This document shows, in pieces, positions 51,050-64,000 of a stretch of 64,000 nucleotides of DNA. The notes under the pieces are model-generated. The model was given only the letters and a program-made list of their open reading frames with translations. It had not been told where the DNA came from and searched no databases. Each line of letters begins with the position of its first letter. The first letter of the stretch is position 1. This stretch comes from Azolla caroliniana (lineage: Eukaryota; Plantae; Polypodiophyta). The DNA is taken from NCBI GenBank assembly GCA_043228905.1, contig JBHGNT010000002.1, positions 17,670,001 to 17,734,000 on the forward strand. Reading direction: 5' to 3'. Position numbers and translations under genes: made by a program.

Positions 51050-54000
51050 GTGTGTGGATTGCAAGGAGAGGCAACATGCGTCACACCTGGTAGCGCATGC
51101 AAACTTAGACTACTCAACAAGAAGGGAAAGTGTCAGATACAAGACTTCCAGGAGGTGCTGAAAGAAGAAAGCATAATCGAAGAAGAAGAATTTGTGTCAT
51201 ATATTCTAGAGGAAGCCTCATTTAACGACACCATCGGCGAAATCAAGGAAGTCGTGGATTTGAGCTATCCTCACCATCAACATGTGATTTCGGTTAACTC
51301 CGTCAACATGTATACTATCATCGATGAATATCATCGAGGCATCTTGATAGAGGAAGCCGAAGTCAACACAAAATATAAAACTGTGGATAGGAAGATCAAG
51401 CCAGTTGTAGTTCCGCTACCGGAAGATAGTTGGCAAAAGATGAAGGAAGTTGCAAAAGATCGAAGCTTAAGGAACCCAAATACAATTGGTCACATCTTCA
51501 CTGAAGAGACGAAGGGAAAGCTACGAGTTGGAAGGGAGGATTTCCTCCTCCCTGAAGAGGAGCGGATGTTTCGTGGAATGCTTGAAAGACATGGGAAGGC
51601 TTTCGCATTTTTCCCACAAGAAATCGGGTGTGCTAATCCAAGGACGGTAGAACCGATGGTGATCTTCACGGTGCCGCATGTGCCTTGGAATTTGAAACCG
51701 ATACCGGTTCCGAGAGCACACCTACCGAAGCTGATCGAGCTCTTAAAGGAGAAGGTGAGGATGGGAATTCTAGAACCGTTGAATGCTCCTTATTCTAATA
51801 GGTGGTTCACGGTGCCAAAGAAGAATGGATCGTTGCGATTCATTCAAGATCTTCAACCCGTCAACAAGGTGACAATTCGGAATGCTGGAATCGGTCCGAG
51901 TGTGGATGAATTTGCCGAGGCGTTTGCGGGCCGGTCCATCTACTCCATCGGCGATCTCTACTCTGGCTACGATCAATTCCAGTTGGCGGTCGACAGTCGT
52001 GACATTACAACCATGAGAACTCCAATCGGGTTGGTGCGGATGTGTACCTTACCTCAAGGCGCAACGAACTCGGTGGCTCATATGGTGAATGCCATGAACA
52101 AGGTCTTGAAGGATTGCATCCCGGATATCATAATGCCATTCTTAGATGATATTCCGATAAAAGGATGTTCGGATGAAGAGAAGGATGAATCAAAAGATAA
52201 GGATGGATGTAGAAAGTTCGTCATGGATCATATGAAAGATTGCAAGAAGGTGCTCCAAAGGCTCGAAGATGCGAATTTGACATTTTCGGGAGAAAAATCC
52301 GCATTCGGGCAACCGGAGATCCTGGTGGTAGGTCACTTGTGTGGAGCATACGGTCGGAAGCCTTCGCCATCCAAGGTGAATGCAATCCAAGACATGAAAG
52401 AAGAATGTGTAACCCAAACGGAGGTTCGAAGGTTCCTTGGAGCATGCGTGTTTTATAATATTTGGATTCCACACTACGCCCACATTGCTGAGCCATTATA
52501 TGGTCTACTAAAGAAGAAGCGGATGTTCGAATGGACGAGCGAGCATACAATCACCATCCGAAGGCTGAAGAAATTATTGATGGAGGCACCTGCATTACGG
52601 AAAGCGGACTATTCATACGGCAAGCCGATTTTCGTGACTGTGGACACTAGTCCAATCGGAATTGGATGGGTTATCAACCAAGAAGATGAAGATTGCAACC
52701 GATATGCAATTCGGTTTGGCGCGAAAATGTTAAGTGACAGGCAAAGAAGGTATGCCCAAGTGAAGAGGGAGCTATGGGGGATCGTCTCGGCAATCAAATC
52801 TGATCGTGATTACCTTATTGGAGCAGAAGTCATAATTGAGACAGATTGCCTACCAATTTTGGGTATGATATCTGGTTGTAATACACCGGATATTGCCATG
52901 TTGCGTTGGATTGCATATATCAAATCACTCAACCCAGAGATCCATCATGTAGCTGGGAAGTGTAATGTCGTTGCAGACATGCTATCACGAGCGAGATACG
53001 ACGGAGAAGAAGATCGACATTCTGATGAAGATGATGTTGGCTTGGATTTCTTTGCAAGTTCCTATGCTCGGGTGTTGACTACTTTCATAGAAGAGGACTA
53101 CGAAGGCGAATTCGTGGAGATCGGGAAATACTTGAGTTCTCTCCAAAAGATGAATCATGGTTGACGGAAGGCTTCCATCAAATTCGGAAGAAGGCATACA
53201 AGTATTTCCTTAAGGATGGAGCTCTTTGGAGGCATGCAAAAAAGAAGAATGGGACTCCGATGAGAGTTGTCTGCAAGCTAGAAGACCAACAAAAACTAAT
53301 GTCCGAATTTCATGATAGTGTTTTTGTAGGCCATCGAGGAATATGGGCTACGTTTGCGAAGCTTAAGGAGAGATATTGGTGGTCGGGCATCTACAAAGAT
53401 GTAGCAGCTTATGTGGAAACATGTAAGGAATGTCAAATGTTTTCGAATATTCGCCATCGAGATGGACTTCATCTGACTTACCCATTGGCTATGAATTACA
53501 AGTGGATGGTGGACATAGTGATGATGCCAATGGGACGATGGCAGATGAAGTATCTTGTGCTCGCGAGAGAGGATCTTACCAATCAAGTTGAAGGGCGAGC
53601 ATTAAGAACTAAGGAGACGTCATCGGTATGCCGATTCCTTCTTGAAGATGTTATTTGCAGATATGGATGCGTCGGCAAGTTAGTGGCTGATAGAGGCGAG
53701 TTGGACGCCAATGAAGCTAGAGAATTCTTCTCGAGGATGGGAATCAAATTATCTCTTACCATGGCGTATAATCCGGAAGCAAATGGGAAGGTGGAACGTG
53801 GACATGGACCGATTGTGAAGGCTCTAGTGAAAGCTTGCCATGGGAAAATAGGAGAATGGCCGCGTCTATTGCCATTTGCACTATGGGCTGACAGGACTAC
53901 TCATAGCATGGTGACGAGATACATGCCGGCAAAGCTCATATTCGGACAAAAGCCAATAATGCATGTAGAACAAAGTATTATTTCATGGTTTGCATTGCCA

Positions 54001-54429
54001 TGGCAAGATGAGATAAGTAGGGAAGATCTTCTAGCATTGAGGATTCGACAATTAGAGCGGAATTTGGAAGATATAGAGGTGGCTAAAGCGCGGCTAAAGA
54101 ATGCAAGGCTAAAGAACAAGAAAGACTTCGATAAACGACATCGACTTCGGCCGAGGAAAATCGTTGAAGGAGATTGGGTGCTAGTCTATGATAGTAGCCT
54201 AGATAACCAACATAGTACAGCTCGAAAATTCTCACAACGATGGTTTGGGCCATATGTGGTGAAGAAAGTGGAAGATAATGCAACATATCATTTAGTAGAA
54301 CTGGATGGTACACCACTTGCCTTGCCAATTGCCGGTAAAAGAATCAAGATCTTCAAGAGAAGAGATAGAATAGAAATTGGATTCGAAGCTTTTGACGATT
54401 CAGTCTTAAGCATCGATGAAAAAGTATAG
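51050..54429 (+). pseudogene. pol: Gypsy pol RT-RNaseH-integrase, with one frameshift near 53160
   Basis: FIQDLQPVN, LPQGATNS, FLDD, TVDTSPIGIG, GHRG...CKEC, VADRGE, NGKVERGH, WFGPY. Confidence 0.92.
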
Positions 54430-56883
54430 TAAACAAAAATGAATCCTCACCAAAATTGGCACATACCGGTGGATGTGCAGGTTTGGTGGGGGCGAATGTC
54501 GTGTGAATCTTCACACACTATGTAAAAAAATAATGAAATAATTATTATAGATTAGATTAGTAGCTTACTATAGAAAGATGGATATACTCAACAACTTCAA
54601 AATGTATTTTACTATAAACAAAATGGAGAAATACATATCAAGTTATGTGAAATTAAAGTTTGAGAAGATAGAGAAATTAGAACTATCCCACATGGATAGG
54701 AAACTTAAGGCCCTGACTATATAAGCACCTTGAGCTCCCTCATTTTCCATTTGTTCTAAGAGCACTTTGGCCACTTTGTCTTGATGGATGATGGTGGCCA
54801 AATTCCCTAAATCAGGAAACCGGTCGGTAAACAAATCCGGAAACCGGCCGGTAAGCAAATCCGGAAAACGGGTCCGGTAAGCAAATCCGAAAACCGGCCG
54901 GTATGCAAACTAGAAACCGGCCGGTAAGCAAAACCGGAACCGGAACCGGAACCAGAACCAGTATGCAAACCAGAAATCGACCGGTAAGCAAAACTGGAAC
55001 TGGAACCAGCAAGCAAACCGGAATCGGCTGACAAGCAAAACCGAAACCGAAACCGGCCGGCAAGCAAAATGGAACCGGCCGGCGAGGGATTCGGCGATCG
55101 GGCGGAACCGGCGACCGTACGAGGTTGGACGCAAATCGAATGGATAAAAGGATCATGTGGCTATTTAAAGAAAGGTAAAAGAGACTAAAGTAAAGGTCAA
55201 GTGGACAGTCGCATGCAACTAAAGAAAAAGCCATGCAACTAAAAATAGATTCAACGAAAAGAGAAGCCATGCAACAAAAAGTGGAGGCATATGATCAACG
55301 AGGAACTCCATATATAATTATTCCATTTTTTTTCCTATACTCATATGCTCTCTCCATATTATATTGTTCTTCTTTTCCTTCAGAGCTCTCTTATCTTATC
55401 GAAGCCAAGAACCCTAAATTTCCTTACAGAAGACATAAACCCTAATTTCCTAATCAAAGCCATATAACTCAAAAACCCTAATTTTTGAATTGAAGCGAAA
55501 AACCCTAATATTCTAATTAAATCCATATTTCATTTCTTCTAATCTATTACTCTAGTCATCTCCATTAGCAAATTTTTGTAATCCCAATCTTGGGATTAAT
55601 TGTAATCTTTCTTTCCCTTTATTAATGAAATTTGTGAATCTTTATCATTTTGTATTAATTGTTTAATATAATCATACGAATCTGATATCTTCCGGTCGGA
55701 GGCCCCGGGGTCCTGCCTCAAAGTTCACGTATCCTCGTCGTATTTTCGCGACACCGGATCAATCCAAGAACAAAATGTTTTGTGTTTTGATTGATGTCTT
55801 TAATTTAGCTCTGATACCATGTAAGAAATCAAGCAATAACACAAAAGATAGGAAGCAGATACCAGGGAGAGAGAGAGATCAAGAACGAACAGTTGTATTT
55901 CTCACATCATATGACTTGTGGTTACAATGTGTATATCAAAGAGAAAGGGTAGTTACAAAACGTTTTTATAAATGAGGGTATTTTAGGATTATTTATTTAC
56001 TACTTTATTTATCATAATATGTTTTATTTTTTACTCCTAATATTATACTTTATTTTATATTCTAACAGGATGTGATCGCCGCTGTAATCGACCTCTGAAC
56101 TACTGGCGCTAGTTGTTCCAGTCTCGTACTACACCTTGGAAAGGACTTCTGGCACTGGGTGGGCTTATTCGGTGAGCGTGGATTTTACCATACTTTCTTT
56201 GTGATCTGGTAGTGGAACGTCTAGTAGCAACTGTTCCATGGGCTTAGGTGCTACCTTTGCCATGTGTCGGGACTCCGGCCGAGTGTGGGGTTTGCTTCGG
56301 CGTGGGATCTCTTTGTTTCCGTTGTCGTGCCTTTCGGCTCCGGATCGTTTGCGTGAGTCGGGTGGGAACCACCGAGGTTTTGGACTAGGAAGAGGAGAGT
56401 TTTAAGGCTAATAAGAATATAAATATGTTGTAAGAAAGAGTTATAGCAAACTCGTGAATCCCACGAGTGTATTGTATTTGATTAATCAATATGAATATAA
56501 GAATATAAATTTGGGTTGAAAGAGAATGATATAGAATCCTCGTGAATCCCACGAGTATAGTTTATTAATTGGTGTTTTTTAGAAACATATCCAGTTTCCA
56601 AGTATTTCACACCCAATTACATTGTGCTTCCCATCCTTATGTAGTGATGAGGAAGTCTTAGTAATCCATGCTTTTTCTCTAACTATAGACCCCATGCTTT
56701 TCCTATAGATAGACTATATGCTTTATCTAAAGTGATCATGCTTTTTCTAACTTGTGCGTTTTTTATCATGCACGCTAGATGTGTATGTGTAGCTTTTTCT
56801 TTTGTTATGCGTTTTTCTAATGTTTATCCTAGCGTGAATTTACCTTTCTACGTGGGACATCTATGCTTTAACACTAATGAAAT

Positions 56884-56944
56884 GCTAGTGTAATGGTAAG
56901 ACATTACATTATTAACATGGAGGTGCAAGGTTCGAATCTTGCCC
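56884..56944 (+). other. tRNA-like A/B-box segment in the LTR (also 59671-59731)
   Basis: tagtgtaatggta...ggttcgaatc, 43 nt apart. Confidence 0.5.
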
Positions 56945-57049
56945 TATGCATGTTCCATTTATTTTGCTATTTTCTTCTATTTCTTCATTTTTTATTGAAT
57001 CTAATACTATATACGTTTTTCACGTAGTGTACAAAATACACTACGACAC

Positions 57050-59092
57050 TCACCCCCTCCAAACCCGCACATCCTCCGGTATGTGCCGAAGTTGTTGGTG
57101 TTTGTTAGTCTCCTCCGTCCGGTCTCTACCCGATTGGTTTCGTTGCCGGCTCGTAGTACCCTCGACTTCTCTTGTTATGTTGACTTTGTCTCTCCATTTG
57201 GAGCACATCCATTCTTTCCACCCGAACCATTGTCGACATCCGATCCACCATAGTCTTCGTTCGCTTTTTGCATGGCCCGCTTGGTCCTTGTCATCCGCGG
57301 TAGTATCTTTTCTTGCCCTCTTTCTTTTCTTCATCAATCTCGACTTCTTTTCGGATTTTCGGTTTAGTCGGATTAGCTTACTTCCGATTCGGTCTCGTCG
57401 GATCGTCTTTCGTTTAGTTCGACTTCCTTTCCGATTTGTATTCGGTCGATCCGGACTCGGTTGATCGGTTTTTACCGATTCAGTGCTCTTTCGGGTCGGT
57501 TTCTTTTCTTTTCTTTTCGTCCGGATTTGCTTTCTTTTCTTCGTTTTCACCTGCCTTGTCCGGTTCGACTTTCGGCACTTCTTTCCATTGTTCGCCACGT
57601 AGGTCCTCCGATATGTGCTCGTTGTTCGGTCCTCGTGTGGTTGTAATGCATGCTTCTTTTCTCGCCGTAGCGCGTGCTTCTTTATTCGCCATAACACGCG
57701 TTTCTTTATTCGTCGTAGAGCGTGCTCTGTATTACGCGCTTCTCCCGTCGTAGACCCGACCTCCGCATTGTCGCACTTTCTTTTAGATTGGAATTTCGGA
57801 TGAATCATTTTCCATCCGAACCGACTTCCGACTTTACCTTCCTCGCCGCCATCTCCCGTCTCTCCGGTCTCACGTTGGTTCTCGGACACAACCGCCGAAG
57901 TCTCTAGATATTGTTGGCATGAATCCTCGGTATTACCTTCTTTCGTAGTTTCACCCTTAGCATTCTTCTCGGCTATCTCTTCATCGTATTCGTCGGCTTC
58001 GACATTCGTTTTCTCTCCGCCACCTTCCGTCTCTTCGGTCTCACGTTGCCTTTTGATCGCAACCGCCGGAGTCTCTGGAATCAGTGGTGGGGAAGTCTCG
58101 ATATGGCAATCCGCCATTGATTCGTCCATAGCCACCTCCGATTCGATTTCGTCTTTTGTGGCTACCTCCTTAATCACATCCGCTTCACACTCTTTATCTG
58201 CATCAATTATGCAAACATCTATTATGCTTACCCCTTTTTGACCCGATGTCTCGGGCACTTGTATCCCGAAATTTCCTTCTACACTTGAATTATCGGCCTT
58301 ATCCTTCGCCATCGTTCTTTCACAAGACGAGTGGGTGTCTTGTTCCACTCTTTCTCCCGTGGTACCATCATGTTGTATTTCGGCCTTCATATTGGCTTCA
58401 TCGTTTTTCCTCAATCGACCATCCTTCATGGGCCATGTCGTTGTTGACGAGATTCTCAGCTTCCTTTCATCATGTCTTCGGCATACCCTTTCGACTTTGG
58501 CCCAATCCTCGGTAAGGCCGTTCGCACCGTCATCATCTTCGAGTTCGATCCCAATGTCCATCCTTTCTTTCCGATCGATCGATCTTACGAACATTAAGAC
58601 TTTATCTTCTCCCACCAATCTTCATTCCCGCTCCGAGAGTCGAGCAAAACGATGCTCGAACTCTAGGAACGCTTGCGTTGCACTTCGGTGAGTCTTCTCC
58701 GACGCCACCCATTCATCGAACTCTCGCCGATCTCGTCCCTTCGGTCTATCGTAATCATATGCCTCTCGTAAAGCTTCTTCGAATGACCCCCATGTCGAGT
58801 TTTGTTGTTGTATCTTGTGGATTCTCCCTTGAAGCCCGTCGGTCGCCACCCGGTTAAAGGATGTCACTTGCAGTCCTTCCGAAGCCCGGCACCAGAGCAT
58901 CTCCGCCTTGTAGTCCTGCAAATATCGCGACACATCCTTACCATTAAATTGCCCGTTGCGTTGCACGAGCCGCTCTACTGATGCCGAAATCTCCGACATC
59001 GTGCGTTGTTCTTGAAGCATCCGTTCGAACATTATCATCATCATGTTCATCGCCTCTTGTTGATTCTCCATCTCCTTGCCACCCGTCTTCAC
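57050..59092 (-). pseudogene. Gag-like protein with acidic then Lys/Arg-rich extension; one in-frame stop at 58622
   Basis: GQFNGKDVSRYLQDYKAEM, FEHRFARLS and EDKVLMFVRS resemble the gags at 4213 and 48927. Confidence 0.8.
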
Positions 59093-59999
59093 GTCGGGTT
59101 CACCAACTGTGTCGTGCCTTTCGGCTCCGGATCGTTTGCGTGAGTCGGGTGGGAACCACCGAGGTTTTGGACTAGGAAGAGGAGAGTTTTAAGGCTAATA
59201 AGAATATAAATATGTTGTAAGAAAGAGTTATAGCAAACTCGTGAATCCCACGAGTGTATTGTATTTGATTAATCAATATGAATATAAGAATATAAATTTG
59301 GGTTGAAAGAGAATGATATAGAATCCTCGTGAATCCCACGAGTATAGTTTATTAATTGGTGTTTTTTAGAAACATATCCAGTTTCCAAGTATTTCACACC
59401 CAATTACATTGTGCTTCCCATCCTTATGTAGTGATGAGGAAGTCTTAGTAATCCATGCTTTTTCTCTAACTATAGACCCCATGCTTTTCCTATAGATAGA
59501 CTATATGCTTTATCTAAAGTGATCATGCTTTTTCTAACTTGTGCGTTTTTTATCATGCACGCTAGATGTGTATGTGTAGCTTTTTCTTTTGTTATGCGTT
59601 TTTCTAATGTTTATCCTAGCGTGAATTTACCTTTCTACGTGGGACATCTATGCTTTAACACTAATGAAATGCTAGTGTAATGGTAAGACATTACATTATT
59701 AACATGGAGGTGCAAGGTTCGAATCTTGCCCTATGCATGTTCCATTTATTTTGCTATTTTCTTCTATTTCTTCATTTTTTATTGAATCTAATACTATATA
59801 CGTTTTTCACGTAGTGTACAAAATACACTACGACACCGTGTTGACTAGACGACATCCATCCCCCTATTGTTTTCTATGTAATCACAAATCGACTAGGTGT
59901 GGCAAAAGTGTTAGCCCTCCGGGAGCCCCTCCGAACTCCTGTAGCTCGACTTCCCTTTTCTTCGATTGTTGGAGGGCTTTGCGGAGTTGGTTGATTTCG

Positions 60000-62112
60000 G
60001 CTAGGACCTCCTGGTGGCATTGTTTGGCCTTCTCAACAATAGTCGTCTATGATTCCTCTTCGACTTCAATCACTCCGGGCATAACTCTTTGAATCATGAC
60101 CTATTAGGTGTGTTCCTCCACCATTCGTGTCGTAGCTACGACCTACAACTGAGTGAGAAAATTGATCTGCTCGAACGAAGTCCCCTGGCTGGGACATCGG
60201 GAAGTTCAACGCTATATCCTCCGAGGTAAAGGATATTTATCCCTCATGTAGCTTCCCTCGGAGGGATAGATCTGTGTCCGTGGCAACGACCATCATCATG
60301 TCAGATGTGACTATCATTTGCAGGTGAGTGTTTGCCTCTGGCTGGCCGTGCCCTTCGCTAGCAATTGTAGGATGTTCTTGGATTGGTTGTTTCCTACAGT
60401 CGATTCCTACAGTCCCTGGCGTCATGGTCTTCAAGTTTCAGGTCAAGGGCTTTGTGAATCTGATCGTTGGTGAGGCGGTCGGCGCGGATTTGCATACCCA
60501 CCTCATGGGCCTCAACAGCAATAAATTTCAAATAGGCCGCGAGACCATGCGTACTGAGCCAAATGCGGAGTTCAGAAGAGATTTCGATCGGCATGCTATT
60601 GGCTTCTTCTACGTTCGGAAATGGGAGGGGCGAAGAACTTCATCTAAGAGCTTGGAGAATCTGTGTTTCTGTTGCTTCTTCTTCGCATGAAATGATGTTT
60701 TCCTCCGCAGAGATGGTTTTTGTACATGTTGTGGTTGCTCAGGCATGGAAGTGTGCCCTAGATTCAGAATCCTTTTTGTCATTACGCTGTGTAAATGCCC
60801 TAAATCCTTCTTGAGTGTTGTGTATGCTCATGTAGTTAAATACTTCGCTTGGTGGTTTTTTTTTTTCATAATGACACCTAATTTACAAGTTAGGGTAGGT
60901 GGGGTCTCTACCATGATTGTGGTGGGATGGTACCGTCGCCACCTTTTTACCTACTTTTGTCGATTCATTGTCCTTATTTTTGTCTGTGAAGGGATTCAAA
61001 GGTGTTGGTCCGAGATAAGGTTTCAGTCTAAACCCATTGACCCATTTCAACATTACTTCTCTAGCTAAAGTACCAATCTAGTGTGTCCTGTTGAACTCAT
61101 CCACGATCCAATAGGGTCTAGTCCACCAGACCGCAGTTTCCCCTGCATTTGTCTGAGCCATGTCTGAAACACGAATACTGCTCTACCGATGCCGAGGAAT
61201 TGCTCATTACCTTTCGGTGTCGATCGGCAAAGGCTTTCCGATGACGTTGGTCCTGTTCGAGTTTGTTGAAGCTTGTGATTCGTGTTTCCTCGAGCTCGAG
61301 ACGTCGTTGTTTGGACTGAGCCTCTGGTAATCACTCAGTTGTTTAAACTCGCAAACTCGGCACTTGAATTTCAACTAACATGATTGCCTCCAATCCGAAC
61401 GCCAATTGATTGAAACGGGGTCGATGTTATGCTTATTTTGTATGTAACTGTGCGATATGTCAAGAGAGCATTATCCAATTTCTTATCCCAATCTGTTCGA
61501 TTTTCGTTCACGATTCTCTTTAGGATGTTTTGCAAGGTCTATTAGGCCAGACCATTCGCCTGGGGGTAGTAGGGCATGCTTCCCTTATGAACCATGACAT
61601 AGTGATTCATGAGGTCGTGTACCATGTTGTCGATGAAGTGGCTCCCCCTGGTCACTCATCAATTCAATCGAACACCCATACCTACACCAAATGTTTTCGT
61701 AGATTAATTTGGCCTTAGATGTGGTCATGTTATCCCTTAGTGCTTTGGTTTCGACCCACTTGGTGTAGAAATCAATTGCGACAATAATGTAACGATTTCC
61801 CGCAAAATAATGTAATAATGTAGGAATGGACCCACAAAATCGAAACCCCACATTTGAAAAGGCTCGAGTGGTAGTATGGTTTGGTGAGGCATTCATGCTT
61901 GTTCCGTCGACTGCCCCATTCTTTGGCATAAGTTGCATTGTCGACGAAACTTCACTGTGTCCTTCTACGTTGTCAGACACCAAATGCTGTTATGCCAGAC
62001 CTTGTGGGTAGTTGACTCTCCATCATAATTCTCACCTGCGATGCCGTAGTACACTTCACGAACGATCACATCTTTTTCAAACTGTCCAACAACTCGTTGC
62101 CAGATGCCATCT
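60000..62112 (-). pseudogene. Decayed Gypsy integrase and downstream region
   Basis: YIIVAIDFYTKWVETKAL, IWCRYGCSIELMSDQG. Confidence 0.7.
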
Positions 62113-64000
62113 TGTCGAGATTCTATTGTTTAGATTCTAGAAGGAGAAAGACGTGCTATAACATCCAAAACAATGTGGAAGATAAAAAAAACAACAAAAG
62201 CATAGTACACAATGTTCTACGTCGAAACCCTAAACGGGAGAAACCACGGGAGCCTACAATGGATATACAAGATGACGAGATTACAACACTCTCTCCTCTC
62301 TGTGTGTAACAGCCTCACAGGGCTCTTAACTTCTAAGCTCACTCAGCTATGGTGTAGTTCCCTCTCGCTCTCACTCATGCTCCCTCTTCTCTGTCAGACA
62401 CTCCAATTGAGGTTGACAACTATTCTATTCTACCCACTCTATGTTTGCCCTAAGTGTATTTGTACTTATCCATTGTATGAGTTATTTACAAATGTAGCCA
62501 CTGCTATTGTCATTCCTATTATAACAATAATATTTAATTAGTTGGTTGGTCGACTAGTCGACTATAGTGTCAACTGTCCAGTCAGTCCAATTAGTCGGCC
62601 TTACCTTCGACCATCTGGTCGGCCCGACTAGTTGGTCGTGTCTTCGACTTGGAGTCTCCTACTGTTGACTCCCCCAGTTGACTCACCATGTCTTCCATTC
62701 TCCGCATTCAACCCAATTAGTCGATTGCTCCCATACGAGGGACATATTCCTAACAAAGTCCCCCTTCACTCTTATGGGTGGAGTCGGTCAGTCCTGTCCT
62801 CTGTCGACAGACTCTGAGTCTATCCATCGGTATGTTTTCTGTCAGCATGTTGGAGCCATTGTAGTTAGTATGGATCTTCACAAGTGTAAACTCTTCTTCT
62901 TCCACTTTCTCCCACAACCAATGATACCTTCGTTGTATGTGCTTGGTTTGGGAGTGGTACACATCATCTTTGCTAGATGTATGGCACTCTAGCTCTCACA
63001 ATGAAGCAAGAACTCCCTTTCCTTCATCCCCAATTCGCTAAGAAAGTTTCTCCTCTAGATTAGCTCTTTTGCTGGCCTCTACCGCTGCCATGTACTCTGC
63101 CTCTATGGTCGACAAGGCCACCGACTTCTGCAGTCGTGACGGCCACGACACTGCTCCCCTTGCATAAGTCATCACGTACCCTGAAGTGGTTCGACTTGAG
63201 TCTGCATCCCCCGACATGTCTGAGTCAGTAAACCCTTCGAGCATGGGTTTTTCGACACCATACCTAAGGCACACACCCGAGGTTCCTTTTAAGTACCTAA
63301 GTATCCATTTCACTGCTACCTAGTGTTCTCTACTTGGATTACTCATATATCAGCTCCACAACAAATGCTATGTCTAGTCTCGTACAAACTATAGCATACA
63401 TTAAATTGCCGACGGTTGAGCCATCCGGTACTTTCTTCATCTCAACCTTTTGTTTCTCCCCTCTCGGGCATTGCTTCGCACTCAGCTTGCAATTGATCAG
63501 AAACATAGAGCCGACTGGCCTTAACTCCAACATGTTGAATCTTTCTAGGATCGTCGTCACATATTTCTCTTGTGAAAACCACAACACCTTCTTAGTTGCA
63601 TCTCCAACTATATGCATCCCTACGATATGCTTAGCTTGTCCAAGATCTTTCATGCCAAAGGACTTGCTTAGTGCTTTCTTCAAGCTCGTGATCATCTTTG
63701 TGTCTTGTTTGACTATCCACATGTCATCCACATAACATAAGAGAATCAAGAAATCACCTTCTTCATACCTTTTGACGAACACATAGTGATCAACCTGTGC
63801 TTTTTGGAACCAATGTTCCATCATGAAGGATTCCAACTTCTTGTACCCTTGGCATGGAGCTTGTTTCAACCCATACAAACTTTTCTTCCGTCGACACACC
63901 GAGTTCTCCTTCCCTTTCTCCACAAAGCCTTAGGGCAGTTGCGTGTATATCTCTTCATCTAGCTCCCCGTGCAAGAATATTGTCTTGACATCCAACTAGT
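62113..64000 (-). mobile_element. 3' part of a Ty1/Copia element (3' LTR 62113-62755, PPT, decayed RT-RNaseH)
   Basis: LYGLKQAP, YVDDM, KDLG, FTDSD, STIEAEY, TKHI; tccccct next to the LTR end cctaaca. Confidence 0.9.

Larger units (their letters stand above)
47347..55753 (+). mobile_element. Full-length Ty3/Gypsy element (no chromodomain); LTRs 47347-48753 and 54497-55753; tRNA-Trp PBS
   Basis: TSD CCGG; PBS tggtgaacccgacgtgaa at 48758-48775; PPT ggtttggtgggggcgaa; inserted between the Copia PBS and gag. Confidence 0.96.
32839..56067 (-). mobile_element. Ty1/Copia element hosting two nested insertions; 5' LTR 55820-56067, PBS-Met 55808-55819, PPT 33079-33085, 3' LTR 32839-33078 (terminal ~10 bp missing)
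   Basis: Matching LTRs; gctctgatacca PBS; gag-PR-IN at 47328-44605 and RT-RH at 35799-~33125. Confidence 0.93.
56323..59835 (-). mobile_element. Non-autonomous gag-only Gypsy derivative; 726-bp LTRs 59110-59835 and 56323-57048; PBS-Trp
   Basis: LTRs appear identical; TSD CCGT; ttcacgtcgggttcacca at ~59088-59105; PPT at 57049-57065. Confidence 0.95.

Overview
This is eukaryotic, plant-type (probably bryophyte/moss, inferred) repeat-dense DNA with no host genes. Nearly all 64 kb is nested, mostly decayed transposable elements: tRNA-Trp-primed Ty3/Gypsy elements, two self-priming chromoviruses, several Ty1/Copia elements, solo LTRs and two 5'-truncated RTE/RTEX-like LINEs. The stand-out is an 8.8-kb cut-and-paste DNA transposon (35800-44604) inserted in a Copia pol gene, bounded by 36-bp TIRs and a 4-bp TSD. 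It encodes an intact 926-aa Sola1/DUF7869-like DDD transposase. Divergently, it carries an intron-containing cargo gene that fuses a ParB/Srx-like domain to a prokaryote-type beta-class N6-adenine/N4-cytosine DNA methyltransferase. Between the two genes is an array of eight 25-bp palindromes at 51-bp period (parS-like architecture). Secondary signals are: CpG-centred target sites of the Trp-primed Gypsy lineage; tRNA-like A/B boxes in LTRs; (CT)n-targeted LINEs in both LTRs of one element; and a Copia flanked by a ~410-bp duplication instead of a short TSD. Family and domain names come from motif recognition by eye, not from database searches.
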